Shown here: one piece after another, positions 61,197-64,000 of the stretch
How positions within the stretch are numbered: position 1 is the first letter of the stretch
Layout: the number at the start of each line of letters is the position of its first letter
DNA from: Marinicella sp.
GTDB taxonomy: Bacteria > Pseudomonadota > Gammaproteobacteria > Xanthomonadales > Marinicellaceae
Assembly (NCBI GenBank): GCA_965230295.1
Contig: OZ246001.1
Coordinates: 1,824,001 to 1,888,000 of the forward strand
Direction: 5' to 3'
DNA length: 64,000 nucleotides
Made by a program: the position numbers and the translations under genes
Notes under the pieces: model-generated
The model's input: the letters and a program-made list of their open reading frames with translations, nothing else
Database searches by the model: none
Told to the model about the DNA's origin: nothing

Positions 61197-62102
61197 ATGT
61201 GTGGGAAAACCCTTGTGTATAAAGCGCTAACAGTTTTGGGTGTGGCAGTTTTTGCAACAGTCTTTGAATATCAAACCATGGTTCGGATTGAAAACATCAG
61301 GTGGGTCAATGCCTTGGTTGAAATCATCATTACCTTGTTGGGGGCCTATTTATTTATTTGGAAAAAGCCTGTCATCAACCGCAGAATCATCACTTCGCTT
61401 GACGTGGGTTTCTTTTTGTTTTTCTTATCCATGTTGGTTGATTCACTGGATCAATTCTTCATCCACAGTGAACTGTATACCGCAGTCTTTGAGAAATGCA
61501 CATTGTTGGTCAGTATTTATTGCATCATTTATGGCATAGGGAAGTGGTTTGTTTTGAACCAAGATTTAAACAACAAACTGGTGGATAAAACCATCACTGA
61601 TGAACTGACTCAGTTGTTGAACCGCCGAGGCATCATGAGCCACTTGGCTCAATTAAAAGAACAAAACCCACCCATTCCTTATTCTTTCATTGTTATGGAC
61701 ATCGATGATTTTAAAGAAATCAATGATCAATTTGGACATTTTGTGGGAGACCGGACTTTACAACAGATTGGGGTGTTTTTTAACGCTAAGGCCCAGGAAA
61801 ATTGGGCTGTTGGTCGTTGGGGTGGAGAAGAATTCATCATTGTACTATCAAATGTGAAACTCGAAGAAGCACAACAGATTGCTGAAGGTATCAGAACTGA
61901 AGTACAGGAAATTAAGCCGGTGAGGGAAAAGGATGAGTTTCGCATCACCCTCAGCATTGGAGTCAGTGTCTACAATGAAAAAGACCACTCCTATTTAGCA
62001 GCCGTTTGTCGGGCTGATAAACTGCTGTATCAAGCCAAAAGCCTTGGAAAAAATAAAGTGATCTCAGAATTAGATATGCAGGAAGTTGATTGTTGTTCAT
62101 AG
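61197..62102 (+). CDS. membrane-bound diguanylate cyclase
   Basis: Four TM helices, then D.LT.L.NRR, DIDDFK.IND.FGH..GD, RWGGEEF and AD..LY.AK..GKN. Confidence 0.93.
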   Translation: MCGKTLVYKALTVLGVAVFATVFEYQTMVRIENIRWVNALVEIIITLLGAYLFIWKKPVINRRIITSLDVGFFLFFLSMLVDSLDQFFIHSELYTAVFEKCTLLVSIYCIIYGIGKWFVLNQDLNNKLVDKTITDELTQLLNRRGIMSHLAQLKEQNPPIPYSFIVMDIDDFKEINDQFGHFVGDRTLQQIGVFFNAKAQENWAVGRWGGEEFIIVLSNVKLEEAQQIAEGIRTEVQEIKPVREKDEFRITLSIGVSVYNEKDHSYLAAVCRADKLLYQAKSLGKNKVISELDMQEVDCCS

Positions 62103-62162
62103 CTTTGGAACATCCGTTCAGATATCCATTTGTGTGTTGAGAAATCACCTCATGAGTTTAAT

Positions 62163-62178
62163 CTGATTAACGAATCAG
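62163..62178. promoter_or_regulatory. palindromic operator-like site
   Basis: CTGATT-AACG-AATCAG about 40 bp upstream of the DUF1295 gene. Confidence 0.35.
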
Positions 62179-62217
62179 TTATAGTGGTGCCATTAGAATA
62201 ATCACGTGACCGGCTGA

Positions 62218-63132
62218 ATGAAATACTACACGCCTCTGATTCCTTTTTCTTTGGGAATTTTATTGCTGTTGCAACTGCCAATTTTTGCTGATCTGGTGTG
62301 GGCCAATGGCATCTTACAATTGTTGATATTCATTGCTTTGGCTTCTTTACCGGCGCTAAGAACAGGGCGTATGAGTTATGTCGATATTGCCTGGCCTTGG
62401 GGGTTGGTTCTATTGGGCTTAATTACCTTGATCAATTGTCCTGAGTTAAATTTACGGGTTTGGTTGGTGTCGACCTTATACATATTGATGGGATTACGTA
62501 TGGGGTTGGGGGCGATTAAACTTTGGCAGGCTGGTTATTTAAACAGTGAACTTCCTCGCTACCAGTACCAACGCAGGCGGTGGCGACGCAAAGGCAAGCA
62601 CAACACACCATTGGCCATGCAAGTTGAAATCCTGGTTCAAGGATTGGCCAATGTTTCATTTTTGGCCATACCAGCCTTTGTGATGGCCGTGAATCCGGAC
62701 CCTTCAATTGCGGTGATGACATGGGTCGGTTTGGTGTTGTGGATTGGTGCCTATGTGATGGAATCGGTTGCAGACATGCAAAAACTGAATTTCCTCAGGG
62801 AGATGAAAAAAGAAGGGGTTCGGCATCAGGTGTGCGATGTGGGCTTGTGGGCTTACAGCAGACATCCCAATTATTTTGCTGAATGGATGGCATGGAATGC
62901 CTTGGTCATCATGGCTGTACCCTCATGGTTTTATCTGCTGTCTACTCAACCGGTGGTTTTGTGGTTAACCATGGGTGTGGCGCTGGTGCTGGTCTCATAC
63001 ATCATGTACAGCACTCTGGTTTTTTATACCGGTGCTGTTCCTGCAGAATATTACTCAGTCAAGAAAAGACCTCAATACGAGTCGTATCAGAAAGCCACCA
63101 ACCGGTTTTTTCCGGGTTCAAAAAAAAATTAA
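62218..63132 (+). CDS. DUF1295 membrane protein (steroid 5-alpha-reductase-like)
   Basis: Motifs VDIAW, RY, ESVAD.QK..F, GLWAYSRHPNYFAE and Y..YQ..T..FFP. Confidence 0.9.
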   Translation: MKYYTPLIPFSLGILLLLQLPIFADLVWANGILQLLIFIALASLPALRTGRMSYVDIAWPWGLVLLGLITLINCPELNLRVWLVSTLYILMGLRMGLGAIKLWQAGYLNSELPRYQYQRRRWRRKGKHNTPLAMQVEILVQGLANVSFLAIPAFVMAVNPDPSIAVMTWVGLVLWIGAYVMESVADMQKLNFLREMKKEGVRHQVCDVGLWAYSRHPNYFAEWMAWNALVIMAVPSWFYLLSTQPVVLWLTMGVALVLVSYIMYSTLVFYTGAVPAEYYSVKKRPQYESYQKATNRFFPGSKKN

Positions 63133-63210
63133 CCCATAAAAGATTGACCGGCATCAATTAACCCAGGGGATTTTTGTTTCATAATATTTCTTTTGGTATG
63201 AATTATTGGT

Positions 63211-64000
63211 ATGGCATTTTGGCAGGCATTGGCTGGATTAGGGTTGTTTCTGTTTGGAATGAAACAATTGGAGGCTGCCCTGAAACTGATGGCCGGGGCC
63301 CAGTTCAACCGCTGGATCATTAACTCAACTAATCGCCCCATTCGTTCAGTTTCTACCGGCATCATTGCCACTGCAATGGTACAAAGCAGTTCTTTGGTTG
63401 GGTTGATTACCTTGGCGTTTGTGGGTGCCGGTATCATGCCTTTGGTCAATGGTATTGGGGTGGTACTTGGTTCAAATCTTGGCACCACTTTCACCGGTTG
63501 GATGGTGGCTACATTAGGCTTTAAAGTGGACATGTCCTTGTTGGTTTACCCTTTGTTAGGCCTGGGCGGATTAGGCTATGGTTTGTTGAAAGGAAAGAGT
63601 CAATCTGTGGCCTTAGCGATCTTGGGAATGTCCTTGTTGTTGATGGGGCTGGACTTCATGAAAGACAGTGCCACAGCTGTGTCAGACCAACTCAGCTTAG
63701 GTGTTTTGCAAGGTTACCCATTGATCGTCTATTTACTGTTTGGTGTGGTAATGACAGCAATCATTCAAAGCAGTTCGGTGATGATGATGTTGTCATTGGC
63801 TGCGCTGTATGCTGGCTTGTTGACGTTACCTGCCGCTGCTGCGGTGGTCATTGGTGCAGACCTGGGTACCACCAGTACAGTGATGCTGGGAGGCATTCAG
63901 GGTGCTGCTGCCAAACGCCGATTGGCCTTGGCCCATGTGATTTTTAATTTGGTGGTGGATGTGTTGGCCTTTGCCTCGATTCATTGGATTTTATCACTGA
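63211..64000 (+). CDS. Na/Pi cotransporter family protein, 3' end runs off the window
   Basis: Manual translation MAFWQALAGLGLFLFGMKQL..., with two QSSS repeats and GSNLGTT/GADLGTT. Confidence 0.9.
   Translation, partial: MAFWQALAGLGLFLFGMKQLEAALKLMAGAQFNRWIINSTNRPIRSVSTGIIATAMVQSSSLVGLITLAFVGAGIMPLVNGIGVVLGSNLGTTFTGWMVATLGFKVDMSLLVYPLLGLGGLGYGLLKGKSQSVALAILGMSLLLMGLDFMKDSATAVSDQLSLGVLQGYPLIVYLLFGVVMTAIIQSSSVMMMLSLAALYAGLLTLPAAAAVVIGADLGTTSTVMLGGIQGAAAKRRLALAHVIFNLVVDVLAFASIHWILSL

Noticed and set aside
63129-63533. 134-aa minus-strand ORF
   Set aside because: It is the antisense shadow of the Na/Pi cotransporter that starts at 63211.

Overview
A gammaproteobacterial chromosome segment. Gene content and protein style suggest a marine Xanthomonadales/Marinicella-like lineage (inference). 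Most of it is core genome: dprA-lysM/def, hfq-hflXKC-purA, aspS, lptD-surA-pdxA-rsmA-bioD, the cbb3 oxidase cluster ccoNOQP-G-H-I-S with fnr, and trxA-rho-ppx. Accessory parts are a surface-glycan modification block (a nonsense-interrupted 2OG oxygenase, two LtaS/sulfatase-fold membrane transferases, a methyltransferase, GtrB, VanZ and a GTDC1/QTMAN-like glycosyltransferase), a MacB-type ABC exporter with three tandem adaptor proteins, two secreted proteins sharing a DxIF/YxN(G/S)F(D/E) motif, and a Ser/Thr kinase. The most unusual signal is non-coding. A family of nested hairpin modules (CTTC-stem-3-nt loop-stem-AACC) forms an exact 109-bp-period triple array between hfq and hflX, and a modular MITE-like element at 12.7-13.3 kb and 38.6-39.0 kb whose variable inserts carry CsrA-type GGA hairpins. 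No rRNA, tRNA, CRISPR array or transposase gene was recognised. All calls were made by eye, without database searches.
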